Of a stretch of DNA of 64,000 nt, positions 40,879 to 55,562 are shown piece by piece (within the stretch, counting starts at the first letter, position 1; every line of letters begins with the position of its first letter). A program made the translations under genes and the position numbers. This DNA is from Hormiphora californensis (taxonomy: Eukaryota; Animalia; Ctenophora). Below the pieces are notes generated by a model. The model ran no database searches and had not been told where the DNA came from. It saw only the letters and a program-made list of their open reading frames with translations. The DNA lies in the NCBI GenBank assembly GCA_020137815.1, contig CM035357.1, positions 7,378,001-7,442,000 of the forward strand, in the 5' to 3' direction.

Positions 40879-42129
40879 TAGATAGAGAAGAGAGAGAGAG
40901 AGAGAATGATAGTGAATAGAGAGGGAAGATCGATAGATAGAGAGTGGGAGAGAGGCATTTGCTGAAAATGCATTTTTGAAAAATAGAAAACGATGCCCCC
41001 GGGGCCGGTGGGGTCACGGTTTCAAATAGAACATGGCCATTACAAGTGGGAATATATTCGGCGATAAACCTGTTTTTCCCCCGCCATATCATATGTTTTT
41101 CCTCAACCACTTTCTTTTTTATCATTGTCATTTCCCTACACTCCACTATAAACACTCACGCTAAGCTATCCTCACTATCCCACTCGCCCTAACCTCCTCA
41201 CTAGCTACCTCCTCCCTCTCTCTCACCCCCCCTAACCCAACACCCTCTCCCCCAACAGACCACGACGATGATGAGGAAGAGGAAGAAAGCACCAGCTGGG
41301 ACCCTCCACCAACCAGACACCCCCGCACCACCCCGCCAAAGGTAATGGATACACAGGAGAGAGAGAGAGAGAGAGAGAGGCAGAGAGAAAGAGTTGTGAC
41401 GTCATAGCGGTATCATGAGCGTCCCATTTTGGACTCTCATTCCAAGAAGTCTCGAGAATGAATGATGTGAAGTAGTGTGGCACAGCGGGGACTGGTGAAG
41501 TAAAAACTAAGTGTCCCCGTCATCACGTATATATTATCATAAGTTGATATGGTGAGGAAAGAGAGGGAAACTACGAGGGAGAACAAAAGGGAGGGAAAGA
41601 AAGACAAGCGACCAAGATAGAGATAAAAAGAGGCATTACGAGACAGAAAGACAGCAAGAAGAGAGAACAACACATGATATATTAACGTGTGTAAGATAAG
41701 AGGGACGACATGTTCATCACGCACATAAGAACACACTACATACACACTCACTTACCTCCCTGAGGGGCAAAAAGGGAGAACAACTAGTCGCCGTAATATA
41801 ACTATTAGAGGGGAAATATTCATAGAATAGTGTCGGAAAAACTGAGAAATTTGTCTCACTGAACTATACGCCCAGATGCGTTAGATCAGGGTCGTAGTCC
41901 ATCACACTCACCCCCCCCCCCCCCAGGGCTAATACTCACCCAGTGGCCAACTGGTGTGGTGTGTGTGGTCACGATAGGGCGAAGTTTGAGAACTAGGGAC
42001 GTCCTTTCACTGTCCTTATACACAGGGAGGGCTTTTATTACACGTTAGTTCATATACCTCAATCCTCTTCGAAAAAAAAAAAAACAGACCTCAGTCCTCA
42101 CATCCTCCTTCTGTCCTACATGACCTCAC

Positions 42130-42258
42130 ATCCTCTCTCACTGCGGCCCTGGTTCGGAACATGCCTCTCTCCTGCACCCGGTTAGAACACACTTCTCTCA
42201 CGTGCCCTTTAGAACATCCTCTCTCCACGCGCCCCGGTTAGAACATGCCTCTCTCATC
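42130..42258. repeat. ~30-bp degenerate tandem repeat (GGTTAGAACATGCCTCTCTC...)
   Basis: About four imperfect units are visible. Confidence 0.6.
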
Positions 42259-44629
42259 CTGGATGATTGATAGGTTTGGACACTGACAGCTACTTCGTGT
42301 TATTGTTTACATAGAACCTACTTCTACACCAGATCAAGAGCTACTAAATCACACTGGCTGCACTGGAGCTAGGCGGCAACTACATGTCGTTCTGTAGAAG
42401 GGAGAGTGATACATTCCTCGACCTAGACTTTATACAATAATTCATCCGCTATCTAAAATCATGTATTATCTTCTATTACTATTATCTGGCCATGGTCAAT
42501 TGAATTATCTGTTATTTCAGGTAACGAATTCAGCTCGGGTACACCCTGCTCCAGCTGCGGCTTCTCGCCAAACCCGCTCCAGCTCCCTCTCACATCCCCG
42601 ATAATGAGTAAGAAATCCGGAGAACTCTGGAGGAGATAATTCCGATCTAATTACAACTATTTCAATGTTTTGATTGAGTGACTATAAATTAGGTCCTATT
42701 ATAACGCTTTCCCTCTTTCTAGATGCGTCAAGACGTTGCAGATACGGGAAGTTTCGGTCAGCCAACTCAGAACGACGTTGGAGGTAATGGAGACGTGCCT
42801 TCCGTACCCTTCTTGTCGATCAGCGGCAAGACGCGTGTGTAGTCACTTTAATTAATATGGTGTTTGTGTAGTTCCCTGATTTGTCATAGTACAAATATGG
42901 TAAATACCATGTTTTTGGGCGTGTCTATATAAGTTTGCCGACATGTTTGGTTGTTTCAAAATATACGGTATTGGTAGTTTTCTCTTTTTTTCCAAGGTTG
43001 CTGTCCATTGCGTTTGTTTTTTGTGTTGTCCCTGAGTGATTTTGATATTGTTCGCTGAACCGTAACCAACACTTCTGACGTATTTTATCCAGGGTCCAAC
43101 CGTTATAACGAAACATGTCCGCTTGTGCATGGGTGTAATCATGAAATTAGAGGAATTTTCTGCCCCTCAAGGCGACACAATTATTCCTCGGCATAAAATG
43201 TAATCTCCGAATAAAACCGTCGAATAAAACTCACTAATTTAATTTCATAATTGTTGCAATGAGTAATTATCGTGTTTCTCACCACACCATCTGCCCAAAT
43301 ATGGACAAACCCTCCGTGTTTTTCTCACCATCCACACCAAATATTGACAAATCCAACTATGTTTCAACGCCTAAATATGGACAATACCAACACTTTCATT
43401 TTCATTCCCAAATATGGACACAACCACACATTTTCCAGCCGAAGGTTCCTCTGACCGAAACAAGACGAAACGCGACTGAGGACGTTTTTGGTACCCTATA
43501 TCCTCCTCACCAACGAGTACTAATCAACGCATACTCTTTCTCTTTATCTCTCCTCCTGCTGTTGTAAATCCTTGTCTGCTGAGAGAGAAAACTACCTTGA
43601 TCAAGTGAGTAATCGAGTAGAATTGGGGAGTTTTATTTTCTCTTTTTTTGTTGCCTGAATTTGCTTATTATGCTCTGCATCTACGAGTGATGTCTTTTTT
43701 CTTTCAAGCTGGTGCTGGGTTATGCACTCATCTCTCGATAATATGTGATGGTGTTGTATCTGTATCCGTGTCTGTACCCTACCCCCTAACCCCTACCCTA
43801 ACCCCCTACCACCTAACCCGGGAAACCTAACTAACTCCCAAACCCTCTCGAATCATTTGGTTATTTTACCAAACCAACCAATAATAGGAACCCATTATCA
43901 GTTCCATTTCTCTTGGAATTTCCTCAAACTTCTAAACATCCCAGTCCTGTTATTTGATAATGACGACGATGATACGATGACATTGTCTTTCCTCTTGAAA
44001 TCGAGCACCCACTTAACATCTGGTATTTCCATATCCCTGCTTCTGGTTTCTTTCCTTCTCCATTTTCCTCTTTCTCGTTCTGCCTATCTCTTATCTCTTT
44101 CAGTTCTTTCTTCCTTTCTTTTCCCTTTACTCTTTTTCCTTTTCTCGTTCTTTCCTTTAATTTGAATGTTTGATTGTCAATATTACAATGCATTTATGCC
44201 ATGTTAAGTTATCCCTCAATCCTACATTCTTGGTTTAATGTATCGTTTTTGTATTTTTTTGAAATTTCTCCCTTCTCTCACTCTCTCCTCTTAGCTTTCT
44301 CCTTCCATTTGTGACCACGGTTTTACTTTTTTCCCTTTCCTCCTCCACTCAGTTGTTTTCTCTTTCACTCCATCTAGTGGCTAACCGGGGGGTGCCTGTT
44401 CCTTCTCACTAGTTCGTGACGCTGGATGCACTCATTTAATTTTTTTCGCTCCCCTACAATCATTATTACAAAAAACCGTAGGGCAGTGGATAGACGTAAC
44501 GCGCAAAGTCACTCTTATTTGAAATCTCCTTGCTTCACTATTCTCTTGGTGCGCCGGCGCGACGTCCTTTCTATAGCAAGCGCGCAAGAGATCCCTTTCC
44601 TTCGAGACAAATCCTGCAGTCATCTCCTA

Positions 44630-44823
44630 TGCCCCTGTCCTGGCGGTGCCTCCGGTCTTAGACTCTGTCTGGCAGTGTCTCAGGCCCTGTCCCAGTGTCC
44701 CTCAGTTCTTAGTCCCCCGGCCCTGTCTGGTGGTGTCTCAGACTCTGTCTGGACTGGCGGTGTCTCAACTCTGTCCTGGCGGTGTTTCGACTTCTGTCCT
44801 GGCGGTTGTCTCAGGACCTGTCT
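44630..44823. repeat. Degenerate ~22-bp minisatellite (CTCTGTCTGGCRGTGTCTCAG)
   Basis: Recurring TGTCCTGGCGG / GTGTCTCAG units. Confidence 0.6.
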
Positions 44824-46217
44824 ATTCTGATTCCTTCCGGAATACCAAGCATTTTCTAGCTGTAGCTCCGTGATTGGAATGTACTATGAATGTGCTAAAT
44901 CCCCCATGATTAACTCTGATTTGAAGTTCCCATTACCACCCTCTCTCTCTATACCACCCCCACCCCCAGGGAAACCCCCCCTGCCTCCCCAACAGACCAA
45001 GAGCACCCTCTGATCATGCTCATAACTTGAGTTTAGTCAGGACACCGGAGGGGACGAGGTCCTGACTATCATAACATCGCCCTTAATATACCTCCGATAA
45101 TAAGGGGTTTAGTTTAATATTTTTCTTGTTGTTTTATTTATTTCATTGCAAATTTATATTTGAAAATGATTTTTACAAAGCAATTACTCCACTAAGTATT
45201 ATATTTATCCCATGTCACGTTTTGTCACGTTTTTCTCATCTATCTAGCAGCCAGATTCTAGCTGAAACTTTTTTCTGTTCATGAAAAAACGTGACATGCC
45301 CCCCCCGTGCCCCCCCCCCCCCTTCAACGTCTCACCTTTAATCGGTGGTGATTCAAACATTCAAATGTCTAAATTCATTACAGGCCCAGAATGGGATCGA
45401 TTCCACCAGCATCATACAGCCCCCCTCAGCCAACAATTAGTTGATGATCGTTCACTAATAAAATACTCAATCAGCTTGCAGAGTATAGTTCAGTACATAC
45501 TATACCGACTGGGAGTCAGGTACTAGAGAGTCATTATGATCAATTTGGCAGATAGAGATACTGATTTCTAGATTTAGCCTCTTGGACTAAGTACATCATG
45601 ATACACTTAGATCATTGAGAAGACCCCAACCCCATCTTATCTAGCCCTAGCCCCAATCCCCATCCTTTCTCTAGCCCTAGCCCCATCCTTTCTACAGATA
45701 GACGATGACGATGAGGAACACAGATTGTACCTATGCAAAGAACGAGCTCCAGCTTAACCTGTACCTACACAACAAGAACAACCTGTTGATAACCAGCAAC
45801 AACAACAACAAATTCAACCCGGGGTAGGTAGTAATGGTGGAGGAATCAGGGGGAACTGGAGGGGGATTGAACATCAGATTGTGTAGTAGAGCGGGAATTG
45901 GGTTAGTTAGTTACTGGGTGCACCAACTGATTAATTAACTGCAGTTAATTGACTCTAATTAACTCTATCCTAGGTACCAGAATCATCCAAGAGTTAGGAA
46001 TCCCAGGGCACCGGTAACATACGTTCCGAGATACGGAATTACCAGAGAAATTACAATAAATTCTCTGTGGAGATCACTATGGGTTGTTGAATCTCTTAAT
46101 CGTAGGTAAAATCAATTATAATCAGCAATTAAAAGTCAATACTTAACTATTATATTGCAGTTGAGTGACTTCTTTCTGTTTTAAAACTTCCCCTTCTTAA
46201 CTTTATTTGTCTCCCAG

Positions 46218-46634
46218 GCACAGACAACAGTTTGTTACTTCTCATCGAAGCGGCCAGGTGAGGTTTTCCCACTCATTGCTGTGCTGCCGGTTCTCCCAAA
46301 TCGAGTCCGAACGACAGGCCTGGATAATGTTACAACACGATTTGTGGACGAAAAAACAAATTGCGATGACTAACTTGGCTATCTGCGGAACAAGATCATT
46401 AAGATGAGGAAGCGGTGAAGAGGGCAGAGTTTTATCTCAGTCCGGGACACCCGCATGATGAGCTCGAGCGTGTGGCACTTTAAACTTACCACTTCGACGA
46501 TACAGGTATAACAGTCTAGTGTAGTATATACGTATTTCACTCTGTTCATGGATTAGACGAGTGAAATCTAAGGTCTTTGATTTCGGGCTGGGAATGGGTG
46601 TCGCCGACACTCACGGTGGGGGGGGGGGGGGGGT

Positions 46635-46667
<33 letters not shown>

Positions 46668-49600
46668 ATTTAGGATAAACCGTATCTGCCTTCCTATATT
46701 TGCAAGGTATCCTTCGCTGACAGTTTTCTACTTAACAACANNNNNNNNNNNNNNNNNNNNNNNNNNNNNNNNNNNNNNNNNNNNNNNNNNNNNNNNNNNN
46801 NNNNNNNNNNNNNNNNNNNNNNNNNNNNNNNNNNNNNNNNAGAGACGCCTGTACTAGCTGGGGCCCAATTAAAACTAACAAAATTGCTAAATCCCTGGCG
46901 TGCCCATATGCATCTCCGTGTAAACCCTCCTTCATCATCAATTACAATCAGTCCACATCCACTTTGGAAACATTGACCTGTGCCGCTGATGTTCTGGTTG
47001 GCGGGTCTGCCACCCCACTTTCTCCCCCTCCTTTCAAAAACTGCCACGCACCACCCCACATTTTTGATCAAAAGATTCACACGGCAGACAATGTTTTGAA
47101 ATTTTTGGACAATGCATTTCAGTTGATATCGAACACTCGCTCGGCACCCGGCTTCGACAACATATCTTACTCTACTCTTCAAGCTGGATGGGAGATCCTC
47201 AAAGGTCCCCTATCCTCAATTTACAGGGACTGCTTTGTACTAGGGGCCGTGCCGACCCAATGGCTCTCATCTAAAGGAGTGCTTCTGAAAAAGCCTGGCA
47301 AGAAAGGAGACCAACCCAAACACTTCCGCACCATCTGTCTTCTCCCCACCTCCTGGAAATTGCTAGGGAAGCTGATCCAACAACACCTCAGAGCGGATCG
47401 AGATTTCTTATCTTTCCTACATCCGCTTCAATTTGGTTTCGTGCCATGCAAGGGTACAGTGCATGCCCTTAGTGCCGCTATTTCCATTGTCGAATCTGCC
47501 CTAGTAAACAAATCTTTTTGCGTGGGATTATCAGTCGACATTGAGGGAGCGTTCGATAATGTAAATGCCGACCAGGTCATTGAAGCTTTTAAGCGTCACA
47601 ATGTTCCTCCCCCCGTCCTTGAGATTATCGATTTCTATCTCCACAACAGGTCTGTCACGTTATCTTTAGATGATTGCAAGATTTCAAGATACTGTCTAAA
47701 CGGTGTCCCACAAGGAGATACCCTGGCTCCTGATGGTTGGAACGTGACTACTACTGAAATATTAACAAGGGTCAATCAACATGAATATCTACAAGCGGAG
47801 TGTGATGATTTCCTTGGTCTCTGCTGGGGAGACAATCTTCTCGACATCCTTCCTCGTTCACAGTGGATCCTCGACTGCATCCTCGAATGGTGTGCAAAAA
47901 TGGGGCTGAGAGTAAGTCCCACCAAGACTCAGGTTATCATTTTTACACATCGCACCAAGCTACCGCCGTCCATTCCACCTCTTCATGTCTACGGTAACCC
48001 AGTCCCCTACGTACCAGTTCTAAATTACTTAGGGGTAAAGTTAGACAACAAGTTAAGATGGAATGCCCATATTGACCAAGTATGTTCCAAAGCACAACGA
48101 CTTCAATATGCTACTGAGAGGCTCTTTGGGGTTGACTGGGGCTCTCACCCTAACGCTCTAAGATACATTTACGACAAGGTCATCTCTCCTATGGTAACTT
48201 ACTCTTCTCATATCTGGGTAGGTGCATTATCTAAGGAGGGCAACAAAGAAAAGCTAGAAAAGATTACATTATCATCTAGCAGAGGATGTACTCTTGGGGG
48301 CAAATCGGCGCCGAAGGTGGCTCTCATCAAGATAGCTGGACTTGATCCTCTTACAACTAAAGTAGTTGAGCAGTCGAGGAAGACTCTTTTAAACAACAAA
48401 CTCTGGACCGAAGGTCTTCCCTCGAAAGGAAAGTTTACACCCCACTCTGAATTGATACCTCAGAACATAAAGGACGATTTCCACGGTCTTCCCATTGACA
48501 GACTAGACTCCCCTCTCTACCTTTCATCAAGAGTTTTCCGTGCCTCTCTAGATTCAGAATCAGAGTCAGAGGTTCAGTATGATCTTTATTGTTATACTGA
48601 TGGATCTAAATCTGGAGATCTCGTAGGGGCAGCCTGGCACGCCTTCCTCTCGCCTAACTCTCACAGAACTGCTCAACCGATCACTGATCTACAGGAGACC
48701 ATCCGTCTGCCTCCCCACTCCACAGTATGTCAAGCGGAGCTTTTTGCGATAGGAAGAGCTGCGATGGGAATCTACCGCTTTCTGGAATTTCATCCTAGTT
48801 CCACGGTTGTTATATACACAGATAGCCAGGCAAGCATAAGCTGTGTGTCAGCCCTTTCAACCAAGAGTGCTGTTGTAGCGGCGACTTTTGAGGCGCTCAA
48901 TCTTCTGGGATCAGCCCATCAAACTTCTCTTGTCTATTGCCAGGCTCACGTGGGTATTGCCGGCAATGAAAAAGCGGACAAACTAGCCAAGCAAGCTTGT
49001 AATCAGGAAAATATTTTCCCTATCCCTATTCCTAAATCACACATTCGATCAGTATGCTCCTCTCTCGCCCATACGGAGGTCAATGATCGACTATCTCAAT
49101 TGAGAAACAAATGCCTCTCATCTAACACTCTTCTCGACATCATCCTGAAACTCAATTTTCAGCAAGAGACTATCTTCAATCTTCCCAGAACAGACCTAAA
49201 ACTTCTCACAAACTTTCTTACCAACCGGGGATCCATGCGCTCGTATATCCACCGGATAGATCCCACCTCGGATCCCCTCTGCCGATTCTGTGGTCTCAAT
49301 GAAGAAACAAACTTCCATATTCTGTGCTCCTGCCCAGCACTCTGGAAGACGCGTCACCTCCACTTCGGCCTCTTCAACTTCACCTCTCCACCGGACTCCC
49401 TTTCCCCTGACATTCTACTAAAATTTCTCATCGACATCAAATACTCTTGACTTCTTCCAGAACCCACTCTTCCTCATCGCAGGAATTCCTCGGCGGTAGT
49501 GCAATTATTTCTATACTCTCAGAGTTGACTTTTTATTTATTATCATTGCTGTTTCGAGTTTCTCACTTCTAGGCCCCCTTTGTTTCTAGAAGTATTTATC

Positions 49601-52526
49601 TTGCCAGTTTTTCTGATTCGTACAGTTTTTATCTTCCTCCCTTTTATGCTTACGTGTTTGACTATCGTCTCCCTCCCCTCCCCTCCTTTATCCATGTCTC
49701 CCCTCTCCATCACCATTCTCTCTAGCTTTTAGGCGGAGGGATGATTTTAAGGCTCTGGTAGATTTCAGAGTTATCTACTGCAAGGGGATCGTTCAGATGA
49801 TTTACCTACACTCAAGTCCTACACTCTCTTCAGACTACATCTATCTCACTATCATGTATTTATTTTCCTCATATTCAGGAAGGGTAACTTGGTCTAAGTT
49901 GTGGCTCATCAGTCATTGGACCATCCGGTCCATTTCTATCGGTTTAATTCGCGGACTATTATACTCACATAGTACATACGTCTCTATATACTATTTCACT
50001 CCAGTATTGTTATTTTATTAAGATCACTATATAGCGGGCTGTCCTCGTGTATCACTTCCTTCTATCCATATCTATTTCCCTATATTTATACATATATATT
50101 ATATTCTCTAGGGGGAGGAATCTTATAATCGAGAGGGATGGGGACAGACCCGGGCACAGACGTTATGACCGCAACCTTTTCCCTTCGGGGAAGGCTCTTA
50201 TTACCCTTTCTTTCAGCATGTTTGTTAATTTCATGTCTACATGTTTAGGTTTATTAAGTACTATATACTTTCTTTAATTGCTTCACGTGCTCCTACACAC
50301 GTATCCGTGTCGGTCAGCTCAGACGGTCGTCTGCAGCCGGTCGTGATCACTGGCCGGTATCCCGTTCTACTCCCCAGGATATAGGGATCTAGAGCCAGCC
50401 AAAATCCCTCCCACAGCTTCTTTTCTCTTCCCAAACTCAAACCAAAATCTTACACTTTCCAAAATCCCTTATTATATCCGGAGGCTAGGCAAAATGATGA
50501 TACTGAACATCTGAGTCTTCCTCCGTGTCTTTCCATATTATTACCTATTATTATTATAACGGTGCCGACAGTAGCTTGCTGCTCAGTGGCTATACCGTAG
50601 TACTACCAAACCAAACCATACCAGAGGGAAAGAGAGAGAGGGGACTACAAGAGTTGGTGGGCTAGCACCTGGACATATAATTAGTGATTATGAGCAGTCC
50701 CCTTGGCTGTACGCGATCAACTCACGTGTCGGTCAGGTCTACTGCTAATTCATGAGATCAAGAGAGAGAGGGAGATGTAATTAGTAGAGAGAAAGCAAAG
50801 AGAGGACGCTAAAATCAGATACAAATTTCGCAAATTTGAATCGCAAATATAATACGCTTGGTTGGAAATTCAATGAATTCGTAACGCCCTAATAATTATT
50901 CCCCTGCAGGATTTCCACGGACCAATAGTAAACACAGATCATTTCCTCTACTGGGGTAGAACGAGACGGACAGTTGATGGGAAGGTGGTGGAGTTTAATA
51001 TCATTGAACAAACAGAGTTCCTGGATGACGTCACTTATGCTCCTTTTAATGCCAGGTAGAGCTTGTATTGTAGGGCATTGACCCTCTTCTCATTTCTCAT
51101 TTCTTTCAAATAAGAATAGTGGTCAAAACATTGGCATGATAGAGGTCTGAATTATTTGTAGTTGATGTCTTGGATTTCAATTGCAACTAGGGTGGGGCTT
51201 GGTTTAATGCATAATAATGTGACAGGAAAGAGAGGGGAAGAAGCACAATTATGCTTATTAGACCGGAATTTCAACTGTAAATTATACACATTACAAGTTA
51301 TTAAACTTGCATTAGACGCATTGAACTAGAGACATGTCTAAGCATGAGGTCCCTAACCACTGCAATATTACCACTGTTCTCCAAGAAATGTCCTTATGAA
51401 ACTTATTCAGGCGAAATAATTTTCTGTTGGCATAAAGGACTGGGTATTGCAATTCTGACTCCTTTCATCCAACATTTTCTAACCCCTCCCTATCACCAGG
51501 GATCCCTATCTAAAGAGATCTAGTAGCACCAGTGTCTCAAGCACTAGAAAAGTCCAGTATGTGTCACCCGACCAATTACAAGATCCAAGGAGTCAAAAGG
51601 CCCAGAAGTTTGCAAACCGAAAGATTCACATTGATGGTTTTCTGTGTGTCTATGATGTCAGTAAGGTAAGACTCGTTCCTCCAAAACCAAGATAGTCTCA
51701 TTATGCTAGCGTAGGATCAATGATGTACCAAGGGATCCACTAAATTTGCCAATGGGCTCAGATAGAGTCTCCTTGCTAAAATATCAACATAACCCCCCAC
51801 CCTCAGGTACCTAGCAGGGAGGCAGGGACACAATACAAGTTTGTGTTTGAGCTCCTGGACCTCATTGATGTTCCTGTAGTTCTAGTGGCTACCAAATGTG
51901 ACAAGGCCCGGCCACGGCACTTTGAGGAGTTGCTGTATCTGGCAAAGGTCCAGAAAGTTCCAATCGTGGAGACGAGTGCTAGTGAGAATGTCAATGTTGC
52001 TCAGGCTTTCTTCAGCCTTGTTAGGATCTTCAATCGACAGGTAAACTACCAGGACACCAGGTCACATTGGGTCAGCACCGTCACACAGCCGTCTGTGTGC
52101 TGTTTTGTTTGGAAACTTTCCAAATATAAGTGGTAGGACTTTTGAGTCTTCCCCGTGGTGTCAATGATCATTTGAGTGGACTGTGTATTAATGTTCATTA
52201 TGTGCAGTGGTCAGTAATACTGCAGTATAGCGTGTGCCACCATGATAGCCCGTTACCATGCAATCTCATCATAATAAAGATGTGATTGATATTTGACCAT
52301 CACTTGGAGTCTCATGAACTCAGGAGGTGTACTACTTGGCTGCTCTAGAGTTCGAGTGTTTAACATAATCTATCGCTGCCTTTTAGATCCCTGCTTATAG
52401 TTGTCTCAGTCTGGGTCTGAGTAAAAAGAGTCACTCATTTTCAGTACAATAATAGTTTCCTGACGTATTATATTGTAGCATCACTCTTCACCTAATTCTA
52501 CGGAAATTCCCTGTCATGTATCACAC

Positions 52527-52589
<63 letters not shown>

Positions 52590-52609
52590 TCTCTCTCTCT
52601 CTCCCTCTC

Positions 52610-52661
<52 letters not shown>

Positions 52662-52673
52662 CTCTCTCTCCTC

Positions 52674-52716
<43 letters not shown>

Positions 52717-53509
52717 TTTTAATTTTGATTCACCTGAGCACTTCCAGGAAATGTCCTAATATGCAGTGATGTAACTTCGTTCCAACAAATTAAGTTCGGG
52801 CGCCATCTGTCTGGCGGAATTTACTCGAGTTGTCAACTTCCAACCTTCCTGTCAGTGCGACGACTGACCACTCGAGCTCCGCTCACAAGACCTCTTCTGA
52901 GTTTGACAACCACCTCCCTTCTCATTCCCAAAACCACTATAACCACCCCCTCTCATTCTCAAAACTACTAACCACCTCCCCAGTCCCCTCACATAACCAC
53001 TATAACCGCCTCCCCTCTCAGGTGATTATGTCGAAGAAACATATCCAGTACTACAACCCCAAACTACTTCTCAAGAAGACCAAGAAGAGGAAGAGGAGAA
53101 AAGACAAAAAAGAACAGCAACAGCAGCAAGAGAATGGGACTTCCGCCTCTACAACGGCTCACAAACAAGAGAAAGAGTAAGTTAGGTACTAGATACTAGA
53201 TACTGGATATTAGATACTGGATAGTGGATACTGGATTACGTTGGGTCATGTTCTTTGTTCATGTGTGATTGGGCAGTGAACTAGCATACCTACTCTGAAT
53301 ACAATGCAGCTAATTTACATGCGAAACGATTGTCCACTGTGTCTCTATATTGTTACTAGACAGAGGACGACCAATGACATACATGATCATGAACATCTAG
53401 TGCTATTAGTATTACTATTAGGCATGACTTACCATTCATTGGCATTACAAATACGCATCTCGCCGCTATAGTACAGCGCAGACTCGAGCCTCGAGAGAGC
53501 AGCGTCCTC

Positions 53510-53581
<72 letters not shown>

Positions 53582-55483
53582 CCTCTTCCCCAATAACTAT
53601 GCCATTAGAACAGCTTTATTTATTCTCGGCACATGTTTGTTAAGTTGACTTGTTGCAGGCCATCTGTGAAAGAGGAGGAAGAGGAGGAAGACAGATGGGA
53701 GCAGAATAATCCCCTAGAATCACCACTCTCAGATTCTCTCTTGAGGTAAGCAGGGACATGGCATTGTTTTCCTGGGGTTGAATATTATGCAGTGTACTCT
53801 TCGTACCTTAGGTTGAAGTTTTCTAGAACCAGAGCTGATCAGAAAAACCTCCGTTTGGATTATCCAAACATCGGCACTGCCAGACAGATTTGTTCGGCTA
53901 ATCCATACCCTTCTCTGCAGCGAGCCAGCCCACATAGAGCCGTCCTACGAGCGGATTCCAGAGGCAGGGGATAGCTATGAGACGGGGGACAGTTATGAGA
54001 ACGTGCTGGGACACAACTTTAGTCCACCCTCTAACGAGAACAATGTCGATACTCATTCAGGGGACTCACAGGTATAATAGCTCTCTTTGTCCTAGTGTGT
54101 CCTTACTGGTAGTACCAGTGGAGGACCAAGCATCATAAGTTCGTGAGTTCTAGCTAGCTGTAGAAGTATGATGTATGGAGACTCTCCATTGGAGAGTCTC
54201 CATACTTCATTGGAGACTGGAGTTGTTGTACTCCTTAGTCATTTCTCAACAAGACTTGAGAGGGATGTCCTTACGGCTTAGAGTTGTTGGGTAACGTACT
54301 TAGAGTGTCTAAAGATAGTTCTTAGTATACCTACTCCAAGTCCTACACCAAGTCCTACTGCTAGAATTGAGCTACCTACGCGCCGACAAAGGAAGAGAGA
54401 AATAGATAAAGATAATGGAAAGAGAGAAATAGAATAATGCTAGAAGCATTGAATAGTTATTCTAAGTCGAAAACTATCGTACGAATAAAGAGAGAGAGAC
54501 AGGACGCATTCCACGGTCTAGAGCACAAGAGCCGAGTTAGAGAATTCTAGAAGTCGGACCATGTGAGATCAATACTAGCAGTAGATCGATAACCTGCCTA
54601 TATCAATTATACTTCACAGTCTTGACCCCCCCCCCCTGCCCAGGCCCATACTTCCCATTCCCCTCGGCCCTCTAATTCTTTCCAAATCTCCTTGCCCAGG
54701 CATCTGTTATTGTTCCTTACTCCATCTCTCCCTCCTCTCCCCCTTCCTAACCCCATTTCTCCCCCTCCAGGTAGGTAGTGTATCCTGCAAGACGAGTAGC
54801 GAGGAATACATCCCACCTGTTAGAAGGGCACCATATGATAACTATGAGAATGTCCGATACAACATACCCCCACCGGTATGTACTGTTGTTGTAGAGGGGC
54901 GAGGTACTGTCTGGCAGGGCCAAACACCGTTTTGTGACAGTGCGGATCAGGATTGGATCGGCGCCGCGAGACAAGTCATGTACATATCGACAGGTTATCT
55001 TTAGTCAGGTTTAGTGAATTTCTGCAAGTCTGCACCCACTAACCCCTGATTACCAGAGATTAATTATCCCCCAGGTTGTAGGATGCCCCTCTCCAACCTC
55101 CCACTCCTCTGATAGTGGATTCCTAGCCCGGATACCTGATCACATGAAGTTATCAAACCATCTCCAGCGACCCTGGGAATCCCAACACTACTGTCCTACC
55201 GGCAGCGCTGGACCCTCGGTTAGTAGCTCCCACCTTAATGAAACTGGGGGGTCCTGAAGAGCTAGACACATTGATCAATAAAGGTTCTTTTGTTTTGAAC
55301 GTCCTCGTGTGCATTTCTCTACCAATGGGTGCTTATTTGAAGTAATAAATCTGTTAAATAGTCTGTGTGTTTGACCCTCTCGTATCATAGAGGTACACCA
55401 CTGTGCATATTATGAGATGAGTCTTTCGTTCCTTTGTGAACGCGATATATATGTAATTAGATGATTAGTCACGTGACGACCCC

Positions 55484-55562
<79 letters not shown>

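Noticed and set aside
45974-46407. Histone H3-like words (PG.TRIIQE, EIRNYQR)
   Set aside because: They lie in different frames and no histone fold follows; chance similarity in noisy sequence.
54168-54211. ~44-bp palindrome (TATGGAGACTCTCCA-T-TGGAGAGTCTCCATA)
   Set aside because: Isolated short intronic hairpin with no second copy in the window; nothing supports a function.
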